DNA of 64,000 nt from the NCBI GenBank assembly GCA_033442325.1, contig JAWQFM010000010.1:879727-943726 (forward strand), in the 5' to 3' direction. The DNA comes from Salpingoeca rosetta (Eukaryota > Protista > Choanoflagellata). Under the pieces are notes generated by a model. It had not been told where the DNA came from and did not search any database. It saw nothing but the letters and a program-made list of their open reading frames with translations. Made by a program: the position numbers and the translations under genes. This document shows positions 18,985-33,900 of this stretch, piece after piece. How positions within the stretch are numbered: position 1 is the stretch's first letter; the number at the start of each line of letters is the position of its first letter.

Positions 18985-21660
18985 TGCATGCTAACTTTGC
19001 TGCCACCGGGCGTCAGGCCTAACCCTCCCCCGCCCACGGCTCGTTCCACCACCCTTCTCACCGCTTCCCTTGCCGCTTCCCTCATCCTCCCCACGTCCCC
19101 CGCATCACGTCCGGTAGACGGCCCAAGGCGCTGCTCGGTTGGAATACTATGCTGAGACAAACAAGGCTGCGCGCGGCGTGATTGACCTGCGCACGTGCAT
19201 CTCCATTGAGGAGGCGCACCACGAGCCAGAGAAGAGCCGGTACAACTTTCGCATCGTCACACAGGGTCGCACCTACACACTGCAGGCGCCGTCCTACGAT
19301 GAGATGAAGGAGTGGATGAAGGTGATTTGTGACGAGGTCTTCCCACCAGATGATGGCCGTGCCAAGACAGCAACCCTCCCCAAGCAGCAGCCACCAGCCA
19401 TGGCCGCGCGCGCCCAGCTTGCCGTGCCCACACAGGATGCTCCGCGCCGCACCTCCATCTCCTTCAAGCGCCGCCCCGTCGTCGCGCCCGGCCCCCGCGC
19501 AAAGCCGCATCATCCGCAGCCCTCGCCGTCCTGCCCCTGGCTCTACGGCAAGATTTCCCGCCAACAGACCGAGAGCCTTCTCGCCGACTATGGCCTGCAG
19601 GACGGGCTGTTCCTGGTGCGTGAGAGCTCGCAGCCGGGCGCATTTGCCATCTCGGTCTGCTACAAGGGCAAGGTTGTCCATCACCTCGTTCGCCCTCTCC
19701 CCACAGGCACATTCCAAGTCAACGAGCACGAATGCGGCGAGTGCACGTCACTTGACGAGGTGCGCCGGCGCTGCTGATGCAATTATTTTACCTGAAGCTG
19801 TTGTTGTTGTTGTTGTTGTTGTTGTTATTGTTGTTGTTGCTGTTGTTGCTGTTGTTGCTGTTTGTTGTTGTTGTTGTTGCGGTGGTGGTGGTGACAGAGA
19901 TGTCCACTCCATATCCCCACACGCACTCACTCACTCGCTCACTCGCACGCACAAACGCGTCCCCCTTTTGCTCACTCCCTTCCCTTTCTTTTCTCTGACA
20001 GGTGATTGACTATTTGGAAACGCCGAAAGGCCCGCCACTGAACTGGCGATACGAGCTGAAGGTGTGCCCGAAGACATACGATGAGCAGCAGACTGGTGGT
20101 GCGGACAAACCCCCCGCCGAGATGCCGCCGCTGCCGCCCAGAACGGACGGGGTCCAGAACGCCACCGACCCCGCAGGCAGCGGGCGCTCGTTTCCAGCCA
20201 CACTCCTCAACGTGCGCTCCACAAACCCGCTGTCCGTGGCGCAGGGGGCGCCGTGCATGGTGCGGATAGGTGCGGGCGCCGTGACGCTGGTGGACTCAAC
20301 CACATCTCTCGATGCCTGTACCTGGCCAATCACATCCATCTTCGACTTTGGTGTTGAGCCGGCGCAAGGGTCGTTCTTCCTGCGGTCCAACGACGACCAG
20401 TGTGGCGGCGAGTTCCACTTTCAGAGCCAATCGGCCTTTGACATGCTCGCTCTCCTTCGCCAGCAGCTGCCGCCCATGTCCCGCCAGGCATCCGTCAAGC
20501 CGCCCGTCGCAAAGTCCGTTCCAAATGGCACATGCTTTCCTGCTCGTTTGTTTGGTTGTTTGGTTGTGAGTGTGTTTGTGAGTGTTTGTTTGTTTGTTTG
20601 TTTGTTTACATGTGTGTGTATACGTGCGTTTACATATGTATTCAAACAAACGTGACGTGGCTCTCACGCTCGCGCCGTGCCACTTCCTGTTTGGCGTCTG
20701 GCTTGGTTAGGAAGCCGCCGCCACGCCCTGGCAAGACGGCGACACTTCCCAAGCACGCCGCCATTGGTGCGCTCATTGTTCCAACGTGTGTGTGCAGGGA
20801 CATTTGCTCTGTCTGCACGAGCTGCCTAGCATGTTCTGCCGTAACCATGCTTCCTTACGTACCCTCTAACATACAAGCACACGCATGTGCCCTCTCTTCC
20901 CCCCCCCCCCAAACACACATACACACACACACACACACGCTCTGTCTCTCTCAAACCAACACACAGCTGAGGAGCCTGGCAGCCAGTACGAAAAGCCGAT
21001 TGACGCGGCAGAGATGATGAAGCCGGACACAAGCAAACCCATGCCGCCACCCATTACGGCAGAGAAGCCGAGTGCATCCGCGCTGAAGAACGACTCGCTG
21101 AAGCAGAGCCTCGCTGGCGTTCTCCAGGGCCAGGCCGAGACGCTGCGCTCCGGCGGGCCACGCGCACCGCTCAGGCGCCCAGAGTCATACAGTCAGTTGC
21201 CCTGTGTTTGCTGTGTTTGTATGTATCTGTGTGTGTGTGTGTGTCTTTTTGTAGGTATTGTGGTTCTGTTGCGCATTGTCATATCAGCTCCTCCTTTCAC
21301 CAACTCACCCGCATTCCAATCTTCCTTCCCCCCTGCCCTCCTGCGCCCTTCCTCTTCCCCTTCCCGCTTCGCCAGTTGAGCCGGATGCTGATGCGGCGAC
21401 ACCAACAGCGGCCGCGACATCGTCGTCCTCATCAAAGCGCACGAGCGTTGCCGATATCGGCGTGGCCATCCCCGGTGTTGGCGCATTTGACATTACAAAG
21501 GCCCGCTCCGGCCTCAAGAAGACACAGGCACAGCAGCAACCAGAAGGTGGGGGCTGGCATTATCGCGTCGTGTGTGTGTGTGTGTGTGTGTGTGTTTGTT
21601 TGTTTGTGTGTGTGTGTACTTGTGTGTGTGTGTACTTGTGTGTGTGTGTGTGTGTTTGTT

Positions 21661-21707
<47 letters not shown>

Positions 21708-22227
21708 GTGTCTCCCTGCGTGGTTCATTGTGTGCACCTGCTCCCGCTGCGCACGGTACTCCACAGCTCATCACCGTCCCAACCTTCCATACAACGCAGC
21801 GATTGCGGAGGAGCAAGAAGAGCCTGCAGCGGAAGACCCGTCACAGCAGCAACCGCAGCAACCGCAGGAGGCTGTGCGGCCTGCACTGACCCCGCAGACG
21901 GCGGTGGATGCGGAGGACATGGGCGAGGAGTACCTTGCTGGGTGCGACTTCACCCCGGGCCCAGAAGCCGTCGACAGGCTGGCGTTTGAGGAGGGACAGA
22001 TTATTCTCATCCTGAAGAAGCCCAACGAAAACTGGTGGCTTGGCCGCCTCGGCGACAAGGAGGGGTGGGTGCCGGCGTCGTTTATGGATCCCTTGGACGC
22101 CGACCCGATGCTCGACGCCATGGATGAGGACCCGGCAATAGCGCAGGCGATGGCGGCGGTGCAGAACGCAGACGCCGCGCTGCAGCGACTCGGCAGCCGT
22201 GCACAAGAGCTCTCCCTCAACCAGTAG
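18815..22227 (+). CDS. Multidomain phosphotyrosine adaptor: Gab-like PH, SH2, IRS/DOK-type PTB-like, Pro-rich region, SH3
   Basis: PH: IVKQGWLRKSPP...AWKKRYF...RTYTLQAPSYDEMKEWMKVI. SH2: PWLYGKISRQQTESLL...GLFLVRES. PTB-like: VTLVDSTTSLDACTWPITSIFDFG...GEFHFQS. SH3: CDFTP...LAFEEGQIILILKKPNENWWLGRLGDKEGWVPASFM. All junctions checked are GT-AG and in frame. Confidence 0.85.
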
Positions 22228-22594
22228 CCGCCGTCGTCGTCGTCGTGTTTGCCATGGTTGTGGTGGTCGTGGTCGTGGTGGAACCCTCGGCGTGTGTTGG
22301 TGTGCCATGTCACGTCTCTCTTGGTTGATGCACCTGCAGCCAACGTCCCAGCTCTCTTCACCGAGCACTTTCTTCCTTCCTTCTTCCTGCTTCCGGTCTC
22401 CCCTTCTTCCCTTGCAACACCCCCTTGCACCTTTTCATTCCCCCCGTGTACACTCTTTGTCTCTCTCCTTGCTGGTTTTGCCACATCCTCGCTTGCCTGA
22501 TTGCGGGTGCAAGCTGTTGCTGCTTTTGCCTGCACTCTTGTTGTCTTGTGCGTCGCCGCGTTTGTTCCTTTACATAATAGCCGGTCACCGTACG

Positions 22595-22652
<58 letters not shown>

Positions 22653-22962
22653 GTGTGTGTGTGTGCGTGTGTGTGTGTGTGTGTGCTGTGGCTTTTCCGT
22701 CCTCTGTTATTGAATCAACTGTGAGCGCCAAAGTGTGATGCATAGCGGCATTGACATGGAAAGTGAACAAGACAGGCCATGTCATGGTCATGGTTTATTC
22801 AACGGACTGAGTTGTGGATAACGGCAAAGAGCAAGCAGAAAAGACATGAAAAGAGCAGGGAAAGAGAGAGCGTCACAAGGACTTGCACAAACACACACAT
22901 CACATCACACACACACACACACACACAAACACACATCACATCACACACACACACACATCACA

Positions 22963-24487
<1,525 letters not shown>

Positions 24488-24514
24488 CTGTGCGCGCATG
24501 TGTGTTGTGTTGTG

Positions 24515-24607
<93 letters not shown>

Positions 24608-24682
24608 CTTGCGAACCACAGCAAACCGCATGCTCTCAACAGCGCATAGTCATGCAGCTGTTCATACAAAACACACACACAC

Positions 24683-25388
24683 CTGGTTCTCGATTTTGAG
24701 CTGCTCAAAGTCGATGAGGTGGAGCCCGCCGGACATTTTGTCCTTCTCACGCATTTCGTGCTGGGCCTGTTCCAGCGTGGCCTTGAGGCGATAGTGCTTC
24801 CTGCGGCTTGCCGCAAGCTCCTCCTCCTTCTCCTCGTAGTCCTTGTCCATGGGCGCAAACTCGTTGGCACGCAGGCGGGTGCCGTTGCGAGAGCTGGCGC
24901 AGAGAAATGCAGCGATTGCATTCGATTGCATGAGATGGGATAGCGGGTGAGGACGGACGAGGGATGGTCGATCGAGCCAGCAAGGAAAAAAGCAAGCAAA
25001 GGGTGAGTGAGCATTCAAGAACACAAGCTTTCGTCCAAAACGAACAAGGGGAAAGGGGGGCAAGCAGCGCATACACACCACACACGCAGGCGGGCATGGC
25101 ATGGCATGTTACCTGATGGACTGCAGGGCCACGCGCCGGCGCAACTTGGCGTACGCCTTGACGGATTGGGCAACCTCCTCCGTGCGCACGGCTTGCAGAT
25201 CATGCAGGCGCGCAAGCTGAATGGGGCACCCAGCACACACGCCAGGCAACAAGGTGAGCACCGAGCAACAAGCACACAACACACGCGCAGAAGTATCTCG
25301 GTCACATGCAGCGACAGCGCATCACAACACAACAGACCAAGCGCAAAGTATCCGTTCACACAACAACAACAACAACAACTTAAACAGC

Positions 25389-25470
<82 letters not shown>

Positions 25471-27284
25471 CAAGTCCGTGGCTGCACCTCCTGTGTGTAG
25501 TATGTCTTCGTGTCCTGGTCCTCCGTGGCGAACCGGGCCAGGTCCTTGAGGATGCCCTGGTACCGCAGGCGCGCCTCCCCTTGCTTCATAAGCGGCTTCT
25601 GGTCCTTGAACCGCCGCCGCAGCAGCTCGGCCAGGTTCGCCTGTAGAATGGCGTTCCTGCTGGTGAGGGCGTCGTGGTCGCGCTGCAAGGCCTGCAGCCG
25701 CTGCGTTGCCGCCATGCGCCGTTGCTTCAGCTCGAGTGCAGCCGCGTGCTCCTGCTCGGCGCGCTCGCGGGCCCGTCGCTCCTCTTCCTCGCGTCGCCGC
25801 CTCTCCTGCTCCTTGCGCGCAGCAATCTCCTCCGGGGACGGTCCAAGCGACTCCAGCGCATCCTGAAGTGCCGCCAGCTCCTGTTCTTTGGTGGCGATGG
25901 CCGCATCAAGGTCCTCCGCTTCCTCAACAGAGTTGGCACGCTCGCGCTCCCCATGTAGCTGCGCAAGCTGCTCCTCCACCTTGGCAATGTTGGCGCGCAG
26001 CCTATCCCCGGGACTCATGGCCCGTGCAGCCTCATCCTCGCCGTCGTCACTGCTCTGTGTGGACTCTCCCTCCTGCGGCTGTTCGGTGGCCCCGCCCTCA
26101 CTTCCGCGACCTTCAGCGGGTGACGCTGTGCTGCTGTTGCCCAGACGAAGCTGGCTCGCTTCCGCCTCCAGTTCGTGGATGCGCCGCTCAAGCTCTGCAT
26201 TTGTGTCCAGCACATGGCGGGCCTTGGACGTCTCCTCATCCTCCTCCTCCTCCTGCTTGCCTTGGGCCGATTGCTCCTCCTGTCCTCCCTTCTGCTCCTC
26301 CTCTGCGCTGGTTGGCTGCTCTTGTTGGTGTTGCTGCTGCTCGCCTGAGCTCTCTGCTGCAGGTTGCTGCTGCTCTCCTTCATCCTTCGCTTCACCGGCT
26401 GCCTGATCTCCAGCCTTTCCATCATCTTCCTTCTCCGATGGTTGATCTCCTTGGTCTGTTGACGGCGCTGCCTCGTCTCCCTCATCACCTGCGCCTGCGT
26501 CAGCCTTGCCATCACCCTCGGCTGCCTCTTTCTCGCCGTTCTTCTCGCCTTCAGCTGCAGCCTGTGCGGCTTGATAGTCTTTGCCGGCAGTGTCTGCATT
26601 GGGCGCCGCTTCCTGCTCTTCCTTGGGCGCTTGCTCTTGCTTGGGCTTGTAGTCTGGAAGCCGCTGCAACGCGTCCTCCACTTGTGACCGCAGCGCCTCC
26701 TTCTCCGCCCTGACCTTCTCCAACTCGGCCTCCACGACCTGGAGCCGCTGTGCTACGTCGTCATCAAGAACAACGTTGTCGTCATAGTCCTCAACGCTGA
26801 TGGATGGGCGCCCTGCTTCCGGGGCTGCTGTCGTCTGCTCGCCAGCGCCGCCGTCATCGCTGTTGCTCTGTGCTTGGTCTGGCTGCTGCTCTTGGTTTTG
26901 CTGTTGTTGTTCCTGTTGTTTTAATTGGTGTTCCTGCTGCAACTCTTGTCCCTCCTGGCCCTCTTGTGGCTGCTGGCCCTCTTCGTTCTGGCCTGCGCTT
27001 TGCTCTGGCTGTGGCTCTTCTTGCTGTTCACCTTCGCCTTCTTGCTTGGGCGCTTCGTCGGTCGCTTCCTGCTGCGATGCGTCAGCGGCTTGATCGACAG
27101 GCGCTGCCTCGCTCTGCCCCTGCTGTTCCTGCTGTTGTCCGTCTTGCTGTTGTTCCTGCTGCTGTCCTTCTTGCTGTTCCTGCTGTTGCTGTTCCTGTTG
27201 TTCTCCTTCTTGTTGTTGCTGCGCTTCCTGTTGAGGCGTTGCCTCGCTTCCAGGCGTGGTTGGCTGTGCCTCTTCGTCTGCCAT
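24683..27284 (-). CDS. CCDC96: CCDC96/CFAP184-like ciliary coiled-coil protein, N-terminal part; lacks the usual C-terminal half of DUF4201
   Basis: Long acidic Q/E-rich N-terminus, then a coiled coil, then the signature GLHLIDFEQLKIENQ ending at a phase-0 GT donor (24682). ATG at 27284. Confidence 0.8.
25360..25471. repeat. (CAA)n intronic microsatellite
   Basis: Trinucleotide run following a GT donor of the CCDC96-like gene. Confidence 0.9.
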
Positions 27285-27674
27285 GATGGTTGTTGGTTGT
27301 TGGGTGCTGCTGCTTTTGCTTGTTGTTGGCAAGGGATCGCTGATTTATGAATGATGCCACACAATTATCTACACACAAGGAAGCAAACCAGACAGAGCGC
27401 GAGAGGATTTGAGCACTCAGTGGCTTCATGTCAGCACATGCAAGCACTCAAGCGTCCAGGAGGCCACATCACACAGGCTATGCTGCACACCACACAGCGG
27501 ACACGTATCATCAGCTGGGAAGAACAGAAACAAGGAGAAAAGCAAGAAAGGAGGACAGGCAAACAGAAATGCACAAAAAAGCACTGGATTGATGAGGCAC
27601 AGTCACTACACTACAGCCACTACGTATCCACATGAACGTTGGCGCTTGACACACACTTGCAGTTAGAAAGTTAG

Positions 27675-27885
27675 ACACACACACACACCACACACCACAC
27701 ACCACACACCACACACCACACCACACACCACACACCACACCACACACACCACACGCACCACACAACACACACCACACATAGCACACACACACCACACACA
27801 CCACACACACCACACACCACACACCACACACACACACCACATACAAACGGCACTCACACAATCAAACAACACACCACGCAACACA
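27675..27885. repeat. Intergenic (CACAC)-type low-complexity repeat
   Basis: Degenerate CAC/CACAC run between the receptor stop codon and the CCDC96 start. Confidence 0.8.
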
Positions 27886-27929
27886 CAGGTTACGGTTCAG
27901 TGTGTGCTTCAGCAAGTCAGCGCGCTACG

Positions 27930-30900
27930 TCAGCAAGATGAGCAGATGACGGGGCAGTCGATAAACTTCACGCCTGCGCCAGCACAAACACAGGTAGCGT
28001 TGAAGCCGCGGCAACGCACACTGATAAGGGCCGAGTTGTACTGTGTCAAGTCCACGACCCCGCCAACATGAGCCAGCGAGCCAAAGTCCACCTCAATCAG
28101 CGCCGGGTTCCCCTTCAGTTGCAGACTACCCCCAATGTTCGTAACGCCACCAAGGTCCACCCGCGTCAGCGAAGAGCACTGTTGCAGAACCACATCCCCA
28201 CCAATGTCGCCCAGCAATGCAAAGTCAGCGCGTACGCTGCGAACACTGCCAAAGTCCACGCTGGTGAGGGAGGAGCACTGCGAGATGTCAACATCTCCGC
28301 CAATGCTGTCCACCGACGCAAAGCTAACGTTGCTCAGCATGCCCAGGCTGCTCAGCTGAACGCTCCCGCCTACACCCGTGAGAGCTCCAAAGTCAATCGT
28401 TGTCAGCTCATGTGCTGTCTGGAGGTGCAGGTCGCCCCCAATACGGCCGATGGAGGTGAGGTGGATGGCTGGCAGCGCCAGGGCAACTTGAAGGCTTAAG
28501 CTTCCGCCAATCGCAGCCAGGGAGCCAAACGATATCTGCGTCAGCTGTTGCATCTGCGACAGCAACAGGTCACCACCTATCATCTCCAGTGTGCCCAAGT
28601 CAAGGGTCTTCAACACGCTGTCACTGCTCAGGTCCAGATCGCCACCAATGGCGGTGAGCGTGGCAAATGTGATGCTTTGCACGTCAGGTTCGTGGTTGAG
28701 GTACAGCGTGCCGTTGACGCTGCCCAGAGAAGCATCTTGGAAGGCTGACTTGCCAGCCAGGCTGATACCCAGACTGCTGTTGATGTGCAGCTGGCTGACC
28801 GACTCCAGCACCTGCACGTCGATGTACAGCGTGCTGCCAACCTCCGGCAGGGCGTGAAAGTCAAGGCTTGGCAGCGCATCGTTGTGCGACACGTCCAGGT
28901 CGCCCCCGACATGTGTGACTTGCCCAAAGCTCACGCTCTGAAAGCGGTTGTGGTCCAGACGCAACGCCCCGCCAACGCGTGTCAGCTCCCCAAAGTCAAC
29001 TTGCGTGAGATCGTTAGACTCCAGGCGCAAGTCGCCACCAATGTCCCGCAAGCGGCTGCCCAGATCAAGCATCTGCAGCGCAGTCTTGGTGACGGCCAAG
29101 CTGCCGTTGACTCGCAGCAGGTTGGGAAAGTTCATGGCAGTGAGCGCATTGTAAGTCACGGAGAGATCGCCTCCAATTTCCCGCAGTAGTCCGGTGTCAA
29201 GGCCGTCCAGGCTGTTGGCGTCCAAGAGCACACCGCCACCCACTCGCGTCAGCATACCAAAGTCAACGTCGTTCAGAGCGCCGTTGTTGGTCAGGATAAG
29301 GTCCCCTCCCACTTCAGCAACGTTGCCAGCATCAAAGGCCTGCAGAATGTTGGCTTGAAGGAGCAGGCTGCCGCCAATCTTCGACAAGGGGCCGAAAGTG
29401 ACCAAGGTCAGGCTGTTGGCTTGGAGATCAAGGTCCCCGGCAATGTGGTCAAAGGCCGAGATGAAGATGTAGAGACTGCCCTGATTCTGCTCGATGGCGA
29501 CGCTGCTGTTGAAGTCGAGGTTGCTTGCGGATGACAGCGCCACTTCCGGCAGTCGTACGCTCCCTCGGAAGGGAGGCAGTACCGAAAAGTCAAACGTGCT
29601 CAGAGCCGCGTTCTCGTCCAGGGTTAGCTCCCCAAGCACGTACTGCAGCTTGCCAAACTTGAACATGCTCACACTCGTTGCGCTCAAATCCACGTCATCG
29701 CCCACGAACGCCAGCGAGCCAAAGTCAATGGAGCCGAGTGGGTTGTTTTGGAGCTTGAAAGACCCAGCCACCCGCTCGAGCGAACCCACGGTGAGAAACT
29801 CGAACGAGTTGGACGACAGATCAAACCCGCCACCAACGGCAGTGAGCGTACCAAAGGAGATGCCAGAGAGCTTGTTTTCCCTCAGCGTCAGCGAGCCCCC
29901 GACCTGCGCGAGCTTGGGGAAGGAGATGGTTTCCAGCTCATTGGCCTCCGCCGTAAAGTCGCGGCCAATGAGCGACAGCGGACCAAGGCTGAGGGTGGCA
30001 ATGTCGTTGCCGCTGATGTCCACGCTGCCACCCACCGTCAACACCTCGCCAAAGCTCAGGGTGGCCAGCTTGTTGGAGTTCAGCAGGAGGTCTCCGCCCA
30101 CTTGAGTGACACTGCCAAAGTTGACAGTGCACAGGTCATTGTCGGAAAGGTTGATGTGCTCGCCCACGCTGGTGAGCTGCCCAAAGTCAATAGACGTGAG
30201 CTCGTTGGCGGGGATGTGGATGCTCCCGTCCACGTGTTTGAGATTGCCCAGGCTGAGACGCGTCAGCCGGCTGCCGTCCAGGCGCAGGCTCCCACCCAGG
30301 TCAGTCACGTTGCCAAGACTCATGTTTCTGAGGTTTGGGTTGGAAGAGGCGACAATGTCGCCCCGGACATGCGTCAGGTTCTGCAAGTCAACGCTGCCGA
30401 GGTCGTCGTTGCTCGACAAGATCAGAGAGCCGTTGATGAACGCCAAGGCACCGTCAAACGCAAGGTTGCTGAAGGCGTTCTGGGTGAGATCCAGATCACC
30501 CGCGGTGCGCACCAGGGCATCGCCAAAGTCGATGATCGAAATGCTGTTGCTGCTGGCATCGATGTCACCGCCCGCGTGCTGCAGGGACGCAAAGGACAGC
30601 GACGTGAGCAGGTTGTGCTGCAGATACAAGCCGCCGCCAACGCTGGTGAGCGCAGCAAGGTCGAGGGCCGTCAGGTCGTTGGAGGAGAGGTAAACATCGC
30701 CGCCAACAGCCGCGACCTGGCCAAAGCTGAAGCTTGGGAGATGGTTGCGGTGCGCGGAGAGATGTCTGCCGACGCTGGTCAGCGCCCCAAGCGACACCTG
30801 AGTGATGGCGTTGAATGCAAACGAAACATCGCCGTTAACTCTGCTCAACTGTGGGAAGTCAATGCTCGGCAGGTTGTTGTTGTCCAGCAAGATGCTGCCT

Positions 30901-33900
30901 TGCACGTCCAGAAGCAGGTCACATGTGACACCGGTGAGCTGGTTCGAGTTGAGCCGCACGCTGCCGGACACGCGGGCAAGGCGTGGGATGTCCAGGCTGG
31001 TGAGCGCGTTGAACCGCAGGTCAAGGTCACCGCCGACGCTGTCCAGGTTGGTGAGGGTGATGTTGGCGATGTTGGTGTGGCGAACGAGAAAGGCGGCCCC
31101 CACCGAGCGCAGTAGACCGAGGTCGACCGACACCACCTCGTTCACGCTCAGATCCAGCTCGCCTTCCACCGTCACCAATCCCGTGAGGTCCAAAGCCGCG
31201 AGGCGGTTGAAGCTCAAGTCGAGGTTACCGCGCACCTCGCTGATGGCTGAGAGGCTGGCCCTGGTGAGCGCATTCCGTTGCAGATACACGTGCCGCACTA
31301 TGCTCGAGAGGGCATCCAGCGCCAGACTGGGCAGCTTGGCGTTGTCGTGGATGTGGATGTCCACAAACACGGTCGTCAGGCCATCCATGCGGAGATCAAC
31401 CAGGGCTGCATTGTCGGTGATGTACACGGACGCCTCCACGGTCAACAGGGCAGATGTGTCGATGAGGGTGAGCTGCGGGTTGCGCTGCACGCGCAAGTCT
31501 TCAAACACATCGTGCAGGGCGGGAAAGCTGAGCGTAGAGAGGTAGTCGTTGTCGCTGATGCTCAGTTGTGTCGCATCGTCCAGACTGGTGGCCGTGATAG
31601 CCGTGGCTGCGGTGTGTGCAACTCGCAGGGAGCGAACGCTGGTCACACCGCCCAAGTTGATGTGTGCGATTGGGCTGTGCTCAATGACGAGTTGTTCCAA
31701 GATGCGCAGCATGGAGCCAAAGTTGATGCTGCTGATCTTGTTGGGCGACTCGGGCGTGCCGGACACCAGAAGGGAGCCCTGCATGTACTCGATGTCGCCA
31801 AAGCTGAGGGCCATGAGGGCATGCATGCTGGCTGTGATGGTGACATCACCGGTCAGCACGCCAGAGCGGATGCTGAAGCTGGTCGTGCCCACCCCATAAA
31901 CCTTGCCCCCAACCTCTGACAATCGCCCAACGTGGAAGGACTGCAGCGGCAGGCCGCGCAAGTCGACGTCGCCGCCAACGGCAGTCAGCGTGTCAAGCTG
32001 CACAGATGCGGGACGCGTGCCCACAACGCGCAAGCTGCCATTAACACGCTGCAAGCTGTCGAATAGCAGCTCCGTTGTGTCCGCCCCAACATCCACGTGC
32101 ACGTTGCCTGCCATGTCTTGAAGCTGAGCGCGGGAAAGCGTGAAGAAATCAAGGAAGACGGTGCCGTTGGGGGCAAGCGCCTGGCCGAGCACGAGTTGCG
32201 TCAGGTTGGCGTTGCCGCGCACGTCAATCACGTCAAACGCACCCGTGATGTCAGCCAGATCCAGCACCTCCAGCGCACACGACGAGAGGTTGAGTGCTGT
32301 TGGCGTGCCCTGCGCGTTGTTGAGGGTGAAGGAGGCGCAGCCGAGATCAACGGCCCTGGGCACGTTATCCCCAGCATGGGAGACGCGTAGGTGCTTGATG
32401 GGGTTGCCTGACAGGCGAGCGCCACCAGCAGAGGGTGGAAGCTGACCGACATCGATGGAGGTGAGGGCGTTGTTTTCCAAATCAACGCTGTCGCCCACGA
32501 AGACGAGCTGCCCAAAGCGCACGCGGGTGATGGCGTTGTCGCGAAGGCTGATAAATCCGCCCAACAGGGTGACTTGACCCAAGTCTACCTCTGTCAGCGC
32601 GCCATTGGCAGCTGTGATACCACCACCTATGCTCGTCAGGTGTGGGCCGAGATCAAGCGTTTGTGCGAGAGGCGACACTGAGATGGAGCCAGTGACACTG
32701 CGCAGGCGGTAAAACTCGTCGCAGCAGCACGAGGTGACAGCAGCAACCTCACAGGGCGCGGCTGCTGCAATGGCTTGACGCGATGTTATGCTGCTGCAGT
32801 CGAGCACATCAGTGCTGATGCCAGAGCAGAGCTGTGTCGTTGTTGTCGTTGTGGTTGCGGTAGTTGACAGACCTGACTGTGCCGTGCTGGTGGTAGTCGG
32901 CAATGTGGTGGTGGGCGCGGTGGTGCTGTTTGATTTGGACTTGCTGGTGGCAGCGGGCCCAGTTGAGGTGATGGCAATGGGAACAGCGACGGCAGCAGCC
33001 ACAATTAACGCAACGACGATGCCGACGAGGAGCAGACGCTTGCTCGATCTGCCCTTTGACACGGCCACCTGCTCCGTCGTGGTCTCTGAGCCCAGGGCCG
33101 TGAAGTCCTTGTGCAGGGGCCGCATCATCAGGTGCTGGCCCTCCTTGCCTTGTCTGTGTCCCAGCGCAGAGAGCAGCTGCGCATCGTCCGTCGAGGCTTC
33201 GCCGTACACGGAGAAGTCGCCCAACCCGACCTGGTCGTACGTCTCCTCTTGATGGACTCCTCTACTTACGGGCGTCAAATATGTTCGGCCCGCAGCACCA
33301 GTGGTGGTGTCTGTGGTGGTCGATGGGGTGGCATCAGCTGTGCCATACACTTGAAAGTTTCCCGGGTCAGGCGTATCGTACGCGGGCTTGTCTTCTTTGC
33401 TGCTGGGGTTGGTCGCTGTGGTGGTGGTGGCTGTACCGGGTTTCTGCTGCTGTGTGGACTCTGTGCCGTACACATCAAAGTCGCCCAAGCCCGCGGTTTC
33501 GTAGGTGTTGTCGGCTTCCACGTTGGTGGCCGCAGTCACTTCCAAGTAGTCACCGCTGCTGTTGCCGTTGCTGTCATCGGGGTCGGCCGTGTTGCTGTTG
33601 CTGCTGCTGCTGCTGCTGTGGGCCGCAGTGCCTATGATCGCGCTGGTGTTTGTGTTCGTGTTGGTGGTCGCGCCAGCAGCGGCAGGGTTTGGTCGCACGG
33701 CCTCATACGTGGCGTTGAACAAGTCTCTTTGCTCAAATGTGTCAGCAGGCTCCAAGTATGTGCGCTGCGAGGCAGGTACCTGAACCGTGTGTGTGTGAGT
33801 GTGTGAGTGTGTGAGTGAGTGTGTGAGTGAGTGTGTGAGTGAGTGAGTGAGTGAGTGTGTGAGTGAGTGTTTGTGTGTGTGTGTGAATGAGTGTGAATGA

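Noticed and set aside
24600-24660. MRFAVVRK as a possible IFT22 first exon
   Set aside because: It has no GP/P-loop start and no GT donor before the CA tract.
29494-31919. Long + strand ORFs (up to 455 aa) overlapping the receptor
   Set aside because: Antisense shadows of a GC-rich, codon-biased exon, with no independent motifs.
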